64,000 bases of DNA, from assembly GCA_000004695.1 (NCBI GenBank), contig CM000151.3, positions 6,400,001 through 6,464,000 of the forward strand. The letters are read 5' to 3'. The stretch is from Dictyostelium discoideum. Taxonomy: Eukaryota. A program made the translations under genes and the position numbers. This document shows positions 43,826-56,104 of this stretch, piece by piece (the first letter of the stretch is position 1; every line of letters begins with the position of its first letter). Under the pieces are notes generated by a model, which saw only the letters and a list, made by a program, of their open reading frames with translations, ran no database searches and was not told the origin of the DNA.

Positions 43826-44881
43826 TTTAATTCGTTATTTTTTTATTTTTTTTATTTTTTTTTATTTTTTTTATTTTTAAATGATTATTTTGAATTGTGA
43901 AAAAAAAATATTATATATTATAATTTTTTTTTTTATTATTGATAGTTATTTTCTAAAAAAAAAAAGAAATTGAGAGAATTTTAGAATGAGCAATGTACTA
44001 TTACTACAGACTAAGTTAATTACAAACAATTATAAGATTTTTTTTATTATTTTTTTTTTTTTTTTTTTTTTTATTTACTTTTTTTTTTTTTTTTTTTTGT
44101 TAATTTTTTTTTTCTAATTATTTAAGTGATTGTAATAATTAAAAAAAAAAAAAAAAAAAAAGATTTAAACACAAAGTGTATGTACAAAAATTATATATGA
44201 TGAGTGAGGGAGTTTTAGAAAAAAAAATAAAAAATAAAGAAAAAAAGAGTATATATAATTAAATTATTACTACTGTTTTCTTTATTTTTTAAAAGTATGT
44301 AAAAGATGCAAATACGAAATGATGTGATGGTGTTTGCGAGTGTTAAATATATATATATTAATTGTATATATTTGAATGTGGTGGTGTGTTACTATTTATT
44401 GCCCTTTGGAAATTTTTTTTTTTTTTTTAAAAATTGAAAAAAAAAAAAAAAAAAGAAAAAATTTAAAAAAATTAAAAAAAATTAAAAAAAAAATTGGAAA
44501 AAAAAAAAAAATAAAATTAAAAAAAAGTTTCTTTTTTGAGCTTCAAATTGTTTTTTTTTTTGAAAATAACTGCTAATTATATCAATTATATTAATTATAT
44601 TAATATTTATATTTATTATATTGAAAATATAATATATTAAAGAAGAATCAAACATACATTCAATTCAAGCACCAATAGAACAAAGTTCATCACACATGCG
44701 GTTTGTCACATCAATTCATTCACTCATCAAAAAAAAAAAAAAAATTTAAACTCCTTTTCCCAAATTAATGTCTAAAAAATTCATTTTATTTATATTTTAA
44801 ATTATTAAGAATTATTAAATAAAGAACAAAGAAATAAAATATTAAATTAAGAAAACATTTAATAGATTTTTATTTTATTAT

Positions 44882-44922
<41 letters not shown>

Positions 44923-45627
44923 GGAATTTTTAAATTTTAAGATAATTTAATTAAAGTGATGGTATTTGTTGGAGACATATGTTCACTAATGTGGTGGTTT
45001 ACTAAAAAATAAAACAGGGTGGCCGGAATATTATTATTATTTTTTAATTTTTTTTTTTTTTTTTTTTTTTTTTCAATCAATTTCTTCATCCAACAGCTTG
45101 CATATTGGAAATTTGAAACGTGTTTGAATATCCTAATGTATCTTATTTTGTTTTATCCTCAAAAAAAAAAGGAATTTTTGGCTGGGCATTTTAAATATTG
45201 TTCCATTAAATAAAAAATTTAAATCTTTAATCCCAATCAATTTTATCTAAATTTAACAGCCAGGTCAAGATTTTAATGTTAAAAATAATAGCCATCCTAA
45301 TAAAAAAAAGAAACAAAACAAAAAAAAAAAAAAAAAAATATTTGATAAGGAAAATTATTACAAATCTAAATTTATTAAATTTGTTGATCATTTTGTATTA
45401 CTTTTATTTTCAAATTATAAAGAAAGTTCGAGAAATTATTAATCGATAATATTGAAGATGAAAACAATTCCCAATTTTAATTTAAACAATATATATATAT
45501 ATATATATGGTTAATTAATTTAGAAATTGGATTTACAAACTACTAATAATAAAATCCAATTTTTTTAATTTTTTTTAAAATAAAAAAACAAAAAGTTAAA
45601 AATTAATTTTTAATTTTAATAATTTAT

Positions 45628-46224
45628 TTAGTTTTTTAAAATGAAACCATTTTTTGGAGACTTTGAAATGAACCTATAAATTTGTTCCAATGATAAATGT
45701 TTAATATTTGAAGTATTTCCATTCAATATAAATACAAAGCCACCTGGTTCCAATTTTAGTAAACCTGGGTGCGAATATCCATTACCATTATAATATACTA
45801 TAGTATTGGTTTTAACTAGTCTCATTACTTCATTTCTAAAATTATTATTATTTCTATTTCTAAAATTATTATTATTATTATTATTATTTGGATTATTATT
45901 TGGATTATTATTTGGATTATTTGGATTATAATGGGTTAAATCTTTCATTTTTATTGAGGAACTATCTTTGATTTTATTTTTATTTTTATTCTTTTTATTT
46001 TTAATTTCTTTTTTAAAACAAAAGCAACCACAACAAAATATTAACTTTAGAATATTTCTAATGATTGGAAATTTAAAACATAAGACAATCACTATTACTA
46101 TAACTATAAGAGCTGTCAATAATAATGTAAATTTAGTTGCACAAATTTTTAGTTGTGTATAATAACAAACAACATTTAATCTATAATTATAAAAATAAGT
46201 AAAGGTTAGATAATTAGTTTTTAG

Positions 46225-46313
<89 letters not shown>

Positions 46314-47748
46314 GTTATTATTATTATTATTATTATTTTTAATTACATACAAATTTGGACAAACATCATCACAAGTAAATTCAGAACCAATATTTAAAGA
46401 ATCACCATCTAAAGAGTTATCACCAGATTGAGCACCATTATCAATTTCAGTATCAGAAGTATTAAAATTAATTCTTATACTATCGATAACTTGAGCCACT
46501 TCATTATATAAATCACCAAAACAATGATATGATGAATCTAATTTTGAAGTAGTATAAACTTGAAATACAAAACTATAAATTTCCTTTGATTTAATGGTTA
46601 CTTGTTGATTATTGATAGGATTAATATCACCAGTACAATTAATGATTGTCATTGTATAGTCTGCATTGATTGTACCAGTATTTTGGACGTTTACTCTTAG
46701 TACACCATTTTTTGACATTGATTCAAATCTATCGATTTGGTAATTTATAATTTTACCAGGTGAAATATTAACAATATATTGAAGTGAATCGGCTTTCAAT
46801 GTAATGGTTAACATTGTTCTATGGGATTCATCAAATCTAATTTTCAAAGATCTTGAATCTTGATTACCTGCAATCTGAACCTTTGTACCCAATTGAGAGG
46901 CTATATAATTTCCCTTCTTACCACTGGAAATCAATGCAACATCGGCATTATAATAATCTGCAATTTGATTTTGAAGACAAGAACCAAATAAAGCGGCACA
47001 ACTATTGGGTTGATTTTGAAAAGCACTATAGGAAACACCGATTTTATTACAAGTTAAACCTGATAAATCAAAGAAATTCTGATCCAACACCATACAAGTG
47101 TTTATAGAATTTGGTTGATTGTAGGGAAATACCACTTTCTTATCAGTGAATTGATTGATTTGAGTCGATGATTGAAAATCACCAATAATTCTAACAATTG
47201 CTTGACTAAATGTATCCATACCCATTGGAGCTGAATTTGATAGTATAATATCTTGAGTGATTGGATTTTGATTATAACTATAGGTTAATGTCGCTGTTAT
47301 TGTATATTCAACTTGAGTTTTTGCAACATTATAAACATCATATTTCACCGAACTAAATGATAAACAATGTGCTGATGATGATTTGGACCCTAATAATGAA
47401 CAACCTAAATTTGCTCTTGAATTTTGATCGGCACCAACATAATCTGAAAAAGAACAACTACAACAAAATCCTTGACTGTCTCTAATTAATTTACCATTGG
47501 CATCTATTGCACCTGGACATGTATGATCAGTTGGTTTATCTTTACAACCACTAGTTAAAACATAATCAGTTTTATAAATAACAGTTTCTTTTGGTTGATA
47601 AGCTACATTTTGTACATAAACTAATGGATAATTTATAAATGTTTCTGATTTTTTAAATTTTACTGAAATTGGTATAACTAATGTTTTTAATTTACCATTT
47701 TCATCTTTAATTTCACTAACTTGAAAATTAAATGTTTCTGAATTTTCC

Positions 47749-47805
<57 letters not shown>

Positions 47806-48087
47806 ATATTAAAAAAAAAAAAAAATTAATACATATTATTTATTTTATATTTTATATTTTTTTATTTATTTATTTTTTTATTTATTTTTTTTTACTTTTT
47901 GTGAATCTATGTAAAGTGAAACTACTAATTTTTTATCACATTTTAAATTTGTTTTATCTTGGTCAGCTAATTCAGTACCATCGAGAGTACAAGATTCAAT
48001 TGAGCTTGACGAAATGATTCCACACCATATTAAATTTATTTTTATAAAAAAAATAAAAATTGAAAAAAAGATCAATTTTTTGATCAT
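45628..48087 (-). CDS. Type-I membrane protein with HAP2/GCS1-like (gamete fusogen) ectodomain motifs. Proposed 3 exons: join(complement(47896..48087), complement(46351..47747), complement(45628..46180)), about 713 aa. Alternative unspliced end at 46221 gives a poly-N tail with no TM.
   Basis: Exon 1 is a signal peptide (MIKKLIFFSIFIFFIKINLIWCG...), ending at AAA|GTAAAA (plus 47894-47895) with a tttttAG acceptor at 47748-47749. Exon 2 is a Cys-rich ectodomain with RDSQGFCCSCSF, SSSAHCLSFS, LTCNKIGVSYSAFQNQPNSCAALFGSCLQNQ and ISPGKIINYQI, which resemble conserved HAP2/GCS1 blocks. A GTATGT donor (plus 46345-46350, phase 2) and a ttatAG acceptor (plus 46181-46182) remove a 170-nt (AAT)n-containing intron. 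TT+A = L joins to LLNVVCYYTQLKICATKFTLLLTALIVIVIVIVLCFKFP (TM) followed by a CCGCFC juxtamembrane Cys cluster and a cytoplasmic tail. The downstream ORF 45628..46119 has no in-frame ATG ahead of the TM, which is consistent with it being an exon. Confidence 0.6.
46232..46336. repeat. (ATT)n tract, about 34 units with one ATTGTT variant, proposed to be intronic in the HAP2-like gene rather than a coding poly-N tail.
   Basis: Lies between the GTATGT donor (46345-46350) and the AG acceptor (46181-46182) of the proposed intron. Confidence 0.7.
47753..47808. repeat. (AAAT)14 tetranucleotide repeat inside intron 1 of the HAP2-like gene. The same motif recurs in THOC3 intron 3.
   Basis: Perfect AAAT/ATTT units. 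Confidence 0.9.
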
Positions 48088-48276
48088 TTTTTTTTAGTGC
48101 TTTAAAATAAAATTTGCATTTTTTTTTTTTTTTTTTTTTTGATTTTTAATTTTGATTTTTTTTTTTTTGATTTTTGAATTGGCTAACTCGATTACTGAGA
48201 AAGTTTTAATAATAAAATTAATCATATGATTAATGTTGGTGTTATTATTATTTTTAATTATTTATTTATTTTTTGG

Positions 48277-48319
<43 letters not shown>

Positions 48320-48581
48320 TAAATTATTTTTATTTTATTTTATTTCATTTCATTTTATTTTTGGCCACTTTTTACATGTTATAAAAAATTTTAATTGAAA
48401 AAAAGAAAAAAAAAAAAAAAAAATTTTATTCATTAAACCATTAACTTTTTTTTTTGAATGGAATTGATTTTTATACCAATTGGAAATCCTGGTCATTTTT
48501 GTTATTTTTTAATTTCCCAACCACTTAAAAATTATAAAAAAATAAAAAAAAAAAATAAAATTTAATTCGATTTTTTTTTCC

Positions 48582-48612
<31 letters not shown>

Positions 48613-48690
48613 TCAATTCCATTTTAACCAAAATAATAAAACATAACATTTTTTTTTTTTGTATAAATACATAATAAATAAATAAATAAA

Positions 48691-50078
48691 ATGACATTAG
48701 ACCCATATTCAGGATCAGTCGATTGCCGTGACTGGAAGAAATCAGCAATTAAAAAAGCTATTGAAGATGGTATATTTAAAGAACATGACTATGTAATGCT
48801 TTATAATCTTGACGAATTCAGAGCACTTGCCAAAGAAGCCTGCGACAACTTAAAAGGATTACAAACTATGGCAGTTAAATGTAATCCAGTTATGAGCTTA
48901 ATGAAAGAAGCAATTAAAGCTGGTCTTGGTGCTGAAGTTGCTTCATTTGGTGAATTAAGAATTGCAGAAATAGCTGGTTTTGAACCATCTGTAAGTATTC
49001 CAAAAATTTTTAATTCTTTTAAAATAAAAAAAAAATAAAAAAATAAAAAAATAAATCCTAATTTTTTTTTTTAATGAAAAAGAAAATTATATTTGATTCA
49101 CCAATTAAAACAAAAAAAGAATTAGAATATGCATTAAATTTAGGTGTTGTAATTAATATTGATAATTTTGAAGAATTAGAAACTATAGAATCAATTGTTT
49201 CAAAATTTTCAAAGGAAAAATATGAAAGTCTTTCGTTGGGTATTAGAGTGAATCCACAAGTTGGAGCAGGTAAATTAACTGATCTTAGTACAGGTGTACC
49301 AACATCTAAATTTGGTATTGGTATTGAACATAAAGATAAGATCATCGATGCCTATGTACGTAACAAATTTTTAAAGGGAGTTCATATTCATGTTGGATCA
49401 CAAGGTTTTGAAATTTCAAATATATCAGAATCTGCAGTTAAAGTTATGAATTTAGTGAAAGAGATTAATGCACGTGATGATACAAAATCTCAAATTACAT
49501 TCTTTAATATGGGTGGTGGTTTATCAGTAAACTTTGAATCAGAAGAGACTTCACCAACTTTCACTCAATATGCCAATCACATGAAACAATTATTACCAGA
49601 ATTATTCAATGGTGAATTTTTATTGATTACCGAATTTGGTCGTTCCTATTGGGCAAAATGTGGTGTCGTAGTTTCAACAGTTGAATATACAAAATCAAGT
49701 GGTGATCGTGAAATCGCAATTTGTCATGCCGGTGCAAATATGTACATTAGAACCGTTTATCAATTCCCATTGTGGAGAATTAGAGTAACCATTTTCGATT
49801 CAAATGGTGAATATAAAACTGGAAATGAAAAAATCACAGATATCGCTGGTCCTTGTTGTTTTGCCGCTGATGTTTTAGTAAAAGAAAGATTATTACCACC
49901 AATTAAAAAAGATGATTTCATTATGGCACATGATAGTGGTGCTTATATGCTTTCAAGTTATTCTCATTATAATTTAAGATTAGCTCCACCAATTTTCTCT
50001 TTTAATACCACAAATAATACAATTGAATTAATTAAAAAAGGTGAAACTATTGAAGATAAAATTAATTTCTTTTCTTAA
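48691..50078 (+). CDS. Fold-type III PLP-dependent decarboxylase of the Orn/DAP/Arg decarboxylase family, most like diaminopimelate decarboxylase (LysA). 2 exons: join(48691..48990, 49083..50078), about 431 aa.
   Basis: Donor TCT|GTAAGT (48991) and acceptor tttaatgaaaaAG (49081-49082), phase 0. LysA-like motifs present: IRVNPQVGAG, HIHVGSQ, GGGLSV, EFGRSY (EPGR), GPCCFAADV (GPLCESGDV), HDSGAY, SSYSHYN. Confidence 0.8.
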
Positions 50079-50282
50079 AAAAATAAAATTATATTAAAAT
50101 TGTAAATCATTTTTAAACTTTTTATTTTATTAATTAATAATAATAATAATTAATAATAAAATGATTAAATAAAAAAATAAATAAAATAAAAAATTTTAAA
50201 TTAAAGGAGAAATACAAGATATTTATTATTAAATTGGAAAAAAAAGCCAATTATTATTATTATTATTATTGGTTTTTTTTTT

Positions 50283-52161
50283 TTAAAAAAGATCAGAAAT
50301 TAAATCTTTTGACGATGGTTTACAATTTTCAGGAATATCAAATGAAGCAATGATTTGTTTTGAAACTTTGGTAACTTCAAAACAAAGATCTTGAATTAAG
50401 AATGGGATTGATTGAGCAACATTTGGTGAGATTAAGTGATTTGAAACGAACCAACCTAAATCTTCTTCAATGGAGACAAGAGCGTCCAACATAATTAAAT
50501 GAGCTAATGGTTTAACGTTTTTAAGTTTTAATGTATTGATAGAGTTTTGGAAAACGATTTTAGTCATGTGAGCAAAACCTAATTTGACAGCCCATGGAAT
50601 TGCATTGTTAAAAGCGAAATAAGCAGGTTCTTTAGAGTTGCTAATGATTTGTTTTAATTCGGCCAAACGAATCTCTTCTCTAGTTTCAAATAATTGATTA
50701 ATATTTGAAAAATTGAATAATAACGATTTGGCATCTTCACCATCTAAATAGATACGATTGGTAGTGGTATTTGTTTGTTTTTGTTTTACACCTAATAAAT
50801 ACTTGGCCAATTGTTGCATGAGAACAGTATTATCACCTTCATATGTACAAACGATATCACAATCATTTTTAAATTCAGCTATACGATTTGCTGAACGGTA
50901 ACCTTGACCACCACAAGCTTCACGACAAGTTTGGAGTGCTGCAACACAGAACCAACTGTAAACTGCTTTGATACCTGAGCAATGGGCATGGATTGAAGCT
51001 GGTAATTTCTCTTGACATAATTCATTGGTTAAACGTTGAATGTAAAGATCAAACAAGATGGTTCTTGCCAATGGTGCCATAAGACGACGTTGTTGTGAAC
51101 TGAGAGTAATCAATGGAAGCTCATTATTTGCAGATGGACCAAACTGTTTTCTAATATGTGAGAATTCAATAGCAATAGAGAGGGAGGTTTTGGCAGCACC
51201 TGAACAACCTTTAGTGATTGCCATTCTACCAACAATGAATGGTGCCATTGTTGCAGCGAAATTCTTTATTGGTGTATTGAATTGACTCTTGTAAACACCG
51301 TCTTCGCTAACATCACTATATTTGTTTAAAAGGTTCTCTCTTGGGATACGAACTTGATCGAAACGAATTTGACCATTATCAATACCATTCAAACCTAACT
51401 TATGACCACAATCTTTAATGGTGATACCTTTCATGATTGCACCACTCTTTGGACAACGAAGTGGTACAACCAATGCATGAACACCATAATTTGTACCATC
51501 AATGATTAAGTTTGCGAAAACAGTAGTGTAGGTAGCATGAAGATAAGAACCACCAATCCAAAACTTTTCACTTGTTGGTGTTGGTGAATGAATGATAAAC
51601 TCTTTAGTTTGTTTATCGTAATGTGCAGTAGTTTCAATACCACGAACATTTGAACCATGACCAATCTCTGTCATTGCAAAGCAACCCATTGTCTTGAGGG
51701 TATTAGCATCTTCAATATATTTCTCATGTCTTGAGGTACCTAAAAACATGATTGTACCTCCAAATAATGTATAATGAACACCCAATTTGGTACAAACATT
51801 GTTATTATACAATGAAAACATTTCTACAACACCAGCATATCTGTGAAGGTTATTCTTAATATCAGTCAAATGAATTAATCCACTATTTGCAACAGCAACA
51901 CATTGTTCAAGTACTAATTGTCTATAGGTAGCCATATCCAATCCAATGAAATTCTCTTTGAATTTTGGATGATTTCTAATGAATTCTCTTGCTGCATCCT
52001 TATATTTACTTGCTTCAACTGAATCAATTAATAATTTTAATTCTCCAACATTTATATTTGCATCAATTGAATTAAATAATTCTTTTTCTAATACTTCATT
52101 TTTATTATTTGTTGTTTGACTATTAACATCTAAATGTTTTTTAATCTATATTATATATATG

Positions 52162-52204
<43 letters not shown>

Positions 52205-52364
52205 GGTATTAGTAACTACTTAAATATTGTTAATAAAAATAAAAAAAAAAAAAATATATATATTTAAATATTTTATTATAAAATATGTATGTATTAATAT
52301 TAATAAACTGAAAAAATAAAACTGATTATTTAATATTTACAATTTCAATTCTATTTTTATACAT
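50283..52364 (-). CDS. Peroxisomal acyl-CoA oxidase (ACOX), paralogue A. 2 exons: join(complement(52341..52364), complement(50283..52145)), about 628 aa.
   Basis: Exon 1 is ATGTATAAAAATAGAATTGAAATT|GTAAAT (MYKNRIEI), and the acceptor atatAG (plus 52146-52147) opens IKKHLDVNSQ..., both phase 0. The junction builds a PTS2 nonapeptide, RIEIIKKHL (R-[LI]-x5-H-L). ACOX blocks present: CFAMTEIGHGSNVRGIETTAHYD, GITIKDCGHKLGLNGIDNG, CREACGGQGY, CTYEGDNTV. The listed ORF start at 51941 is a TTG inside exon 2. Confidence 0.9.
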
Positions 52365-52849
52365 TGTTTGAGAGAGATAGAAAGAGAGAAATTAGGATTG
52401 TGTAGAAAAATAAAAATAAAATAAAAAAAAAAAAAAAAAAAATTAAATAAAAAAAAAAAGGTGAAATTTTTAAAATTATTTCATTAAAATTTAAAAAAAT
52501 AAAAAAAAAATGAAAATTTAAAATTTAAAATTTAAAAAAAACAAAAAAAGTGTCTCATCGCGTTATGAAATATCTAAATAAATGATGCCATAAAAATAAA
52601 TTTGAAATTTCCAATGCAATTGGCAACCATTATTTTCATTTTTTTTTTTTTTTTTTTTAAGCCAAAAACGATTATATTAAATCATGAAATGAAATTTCAA
52701 ATAAAAGGCAAAAAAAAAAAAAAGAAAAAAAAAAAAAAATTATTTTTTGTAAAAAAAAAAAAAAATATTATTTTCAAATTATGAATACTAATATTTATTT
52801 CAATTTAGTAATGTCATATGTTAATAATTTTGATTTTTTTTTTTTTCTT

Positions 52850-53171
52850 TTAAAATAATGATAAAGTTCCAATTAATTCTCCACCTAAAATTAAACCCTT
52901 AACACCACCTTCAATTCCTCCAACTAAAACACCACTAGCAACACCAACTAAACTACCTAACAAACTTCCTAAAACATTGAATTGTGCTTTTTCGCCACCA
53001 TAATTAACACTTTGTAATGAACTTGAGGCAATTTCATTCTTTGAGTTATTTTTAATTGAACCGATTTTAGTGATTGATTCTATCGTTTTATATTAAAATA
53101 TTAATTAATATAGTTTTATTTATATAAAAATAAGAAAAAAAAAAAATATGAAACTTACTTAAAATTGACAT
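52850..53171 (-). CDS. Novel small glycine-zipper (GxxxG-repeat) hydrophobic protein, 80 aa. 2 exons: join(complement(53159..53171), complement(52850..53079)). Not in the ORF track.
   Basis: ATGTCAATTTTAA|GTAAGT (MSIL plus 1 nt), with an 80-nt intron ending at aacgatAG (plus 53080-53081). Phase 1 A+AA = K leads into 76 open codons: SITKIGSIKNNSKNEIASSSLQSVNYGGEKAQFNVLGSLLGSLVGVASGVLVGGIEGGVKGLILGGELIGTLSLF, then stop. Codon usage is Dictyostelium-like (GGT/GTT/TTA). The G/S/L-rich tail resembles glycine-zipper 2TM motifs. Confidence 0.45.
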
Positions 53172-54071
53172 TTTTAATTATTTTTATTTGTTTTTTTTTT
53201 TTTTTTTATATTAAGTTTATTGTTTTTTTTAGTTTTTTAATTAAATGATTAATTTAAAAAATAATCTTCATTTAAATATGAAAAAAAAAAATTTAGGAAA
53301 AGAATTATTTAAACAATTTTATTTTAAAAAAAAAAAAATCATATGAACCAATTATAGATTATTCTAAAATTTCGACAACACGATTGGACAAAATAATAAA
53401 CAAAAAAAAAAGGTATTAAAACATTATTAATTTTTAAAAAAAAAACATAAAATAAAATTTATAAAAACTTTGACCCTTTTATAAGAATTATAGAGATATA
53501 TTTAATGATTTTATTCCATACACAAGTAAGTTGTTTTGTTTTAAAAAAAAAAAAAGAAAACTAAAAAAGTAATGATATTAAAAAAAAAAAAAAAAAATGG
53601 GGTGTGTTAAATCTGATATATATAGTTAAATATTTTTTTACCTTTTTTTTATATTAATTACCACACAATTAAATTAATTAAACTAATAAAATGTGGTATT
53701 GGTTTAATGTCTATTTATAGGATTAAAATGAAAACGAAAAAAACCCAATCATAGCATATACAAATTTATATTATATCTTTATCTTTTTCAATTATTTTTA
53801 TCATTAAAAAAAAAAAAAAAAAAAAAAATTATCCTTCATTTAATTAATTATAATTATATTATTTCATTTTTTTTTTTAATTAAAAATATAAATAATAATT
53901 TTATTAATATTAATAGAATTATTATTATTATTATTATTATTTTAAAATTATAAATTATAAATTAAATAAAAATTAAAATTAAATAATTTTAATTTATTTA
54001 ATTTTTATTTAATTTTATTATTATTATTTTTATTATTATTATTATTATTGTAATTATTATTGGTCATTTTT

Positions 54072-55950
54072 TTAAAAAAGATCAGAAATTAAATCCTTTG
54101 ATGATGGTTTACAATTTTCAGGAATATCAAATGAAGCGATAATTTGTTTTGAAACTTTAGTAACTTCAAAACAAAGATCTTGAATTAAGAATGGGATTGA
54201 TTGAGCAACATTTGGTGAGATTAAATGATTTGAAACGAACCAACCTAAATCTTCTTCAATGGAGACGAGAGCATCCAACATAATTAAATGAGTTAATGGT
54301 TTAACGTTTTTAAGTTTTAATGTATTGATAGAGTTTTGGAAAACGATTTTAGTCATGTGAGCAAAACCTAATTTGACAGCCCATGGAATTGCATTGTTAA
54401 AAGCGAAATAAGCAGATTCTTTAGAGTTGTCAATGATTTGTTTTAATTCGGCCAAACGCATCTCTTCTCTAGTTTCAAATAATTGATTTATATTCGAAAA
54501 ATTGAAAAATAACGATTTGGCATCTTCACCATCTAAATAGATACGATTGGTAGTGGTATTTGTTTGTTTTTGTTTTACACCTAATAAATACTTGGCCAAT
54601 TGTTGCATGAGAACAGTGTTATCACCTTCATATGTGCAAATGATATCACAATCATTTTTAAATTCAGCTATACGATTTGCTGAACGGTAACCCTGGCCAC
54701 CACAAGCTTCACGACAAGTTTGGAGTGCTGCAACACAGAACCAACTGTAAACTGCTTTGATACCAGAGCAGTGAGCATGGATTGAAGCTGGTAATTTCTC
54801 TTGACATAATTCATTGGTTAAACGTTGAATGTAAAGATCAAACAAGATGGTTCTTGCCAATGGTGCCATAAGACGACGTTGTTGAGAACTGAGAGTAATC
54901 AATGGAAGCTCTTTATTTGAAGATGGGCCAAATTGTTTTCTAATATGTGAGAATTCAATAGCAATAGAGAGGGAGGTTTTAGCAGCACCTGAACAACCTT
55001 TAGTGATTGCCATTCTACCAACGATGAATGGTGACATTGTTGCAGCGAAATTCTTTATTGGTGTATTGAATTGGCTCTTGTAAACACCATCTTCGCTAAC
55101 ATCACTATATTTGTTTAAAAGGTTCTCTCTTGGGATACGAACTTGATCGAAACGAATTTGACCATTATCAATACCATTCAAACCTAACTTATGACCACAA
55201 TCTTTAATGGTGATACCTTTCATGATTGCACCACTCTTTGGACAACGAAGTGGTACAATAAATGCATGAATACCATAGTTTGTACCATCAATGATTAAGT
55301 TTGCGAAAACTACAGCATAGGTAGCATGAAGATAAGCGCAACCAATCCAAAACTTTTCACTTGTTGGTGTTGGTGAATGAATGATAAACTCTTTAGTTTG
55401 TTTATCGTAATGTGCAGTAGTTTCAATACCACGAACATTTGAACCATGACCAATCTCTGTCATTGCAAAGCAACCCATTGTCTTGAGGGTATTAGCATCT
55501 TCAATATATTTCTCATGTCTTGAGGTACCTAAAAATATAATTGGACCTCCAAATAATGTATATTGAACACTCAATTTCGTTAAAATATTATTATTATACA
55601 ATGCAAACATTTCTAAAGCGCCTATATATCTGTGAAGGTTATTCTTAATATCAGTAAAATGAATTAATCCACGATTTGCAATTGCAGCACATTGCTCAAG
55701 TACTAATTGTCTATAGGTAGCCATATCCAATCCAATGAAATTCTCTTTGAATTTTGGATGATTTCTAATGAATTCTCTTGTTTCATCCTTATATTTACTT
55801 TCTTCAACTGAATCAATTAATAATTTTAATTCTCCAACATTAATATTTGTATCAATTGAATTAAATAATTCTTTTTCTAAAACTTCATCCTTATTATTTG
55901 TTGTTTGACTATTATTAACTTCTAAATGTTTTTTTATCTATATTATATAA

Positions 55951-55981
<31 letters not shown>

Positions 55982-56104
55982 CCTATTAGTATTGGTAATA
56001 TTTATAATAAAAAAAAATATTTTATTATGTATATTTGAAATATACATGAATTTAAAAAAATAAAACTATTTAATATTTACGATTTCAATTCTGTTTTTAT
56101 ACAT
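54072..56104 (-). CDS. Peroxisomal acyl-CoA oxidase (ACOX), paralogue B (tandem duplicate of 50283..52364). 2 exons: join(complement(56081..56104), complement(54072..55937)), about 629 aa.
   Basis: Same architecture as paralogue A. Exon 1 is ATGTATAAAAACAGAATTGAAATC|GTAAAT (MYKNRIEI), and the acceptor atatAG (plus 55938-55939) opens IKKHLEVNNSQ... The PTS2 RIEIIKKHL is conserved. The protein is about 95% identical to paralogue A, with substitutions scattered (e.g. VAVANSG to AAIANRG, GGSYLHATYTT to GCAYLHATYAV). Confidence 0.9.

Noticed and set aside
46119-46221. Treating ORF 45628..46119 as a separate small TM-protein gene downstream of a poly-N-terminated secreted protein
   Set aside because: It lacks any in-frame ATG upstream of its TM helix (the track start is a TTG). 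The upstream gene would have no membrane anchor. A canonical donor/acceptor pair joins the two in phase. It is kept as an alternative in the feature entry.
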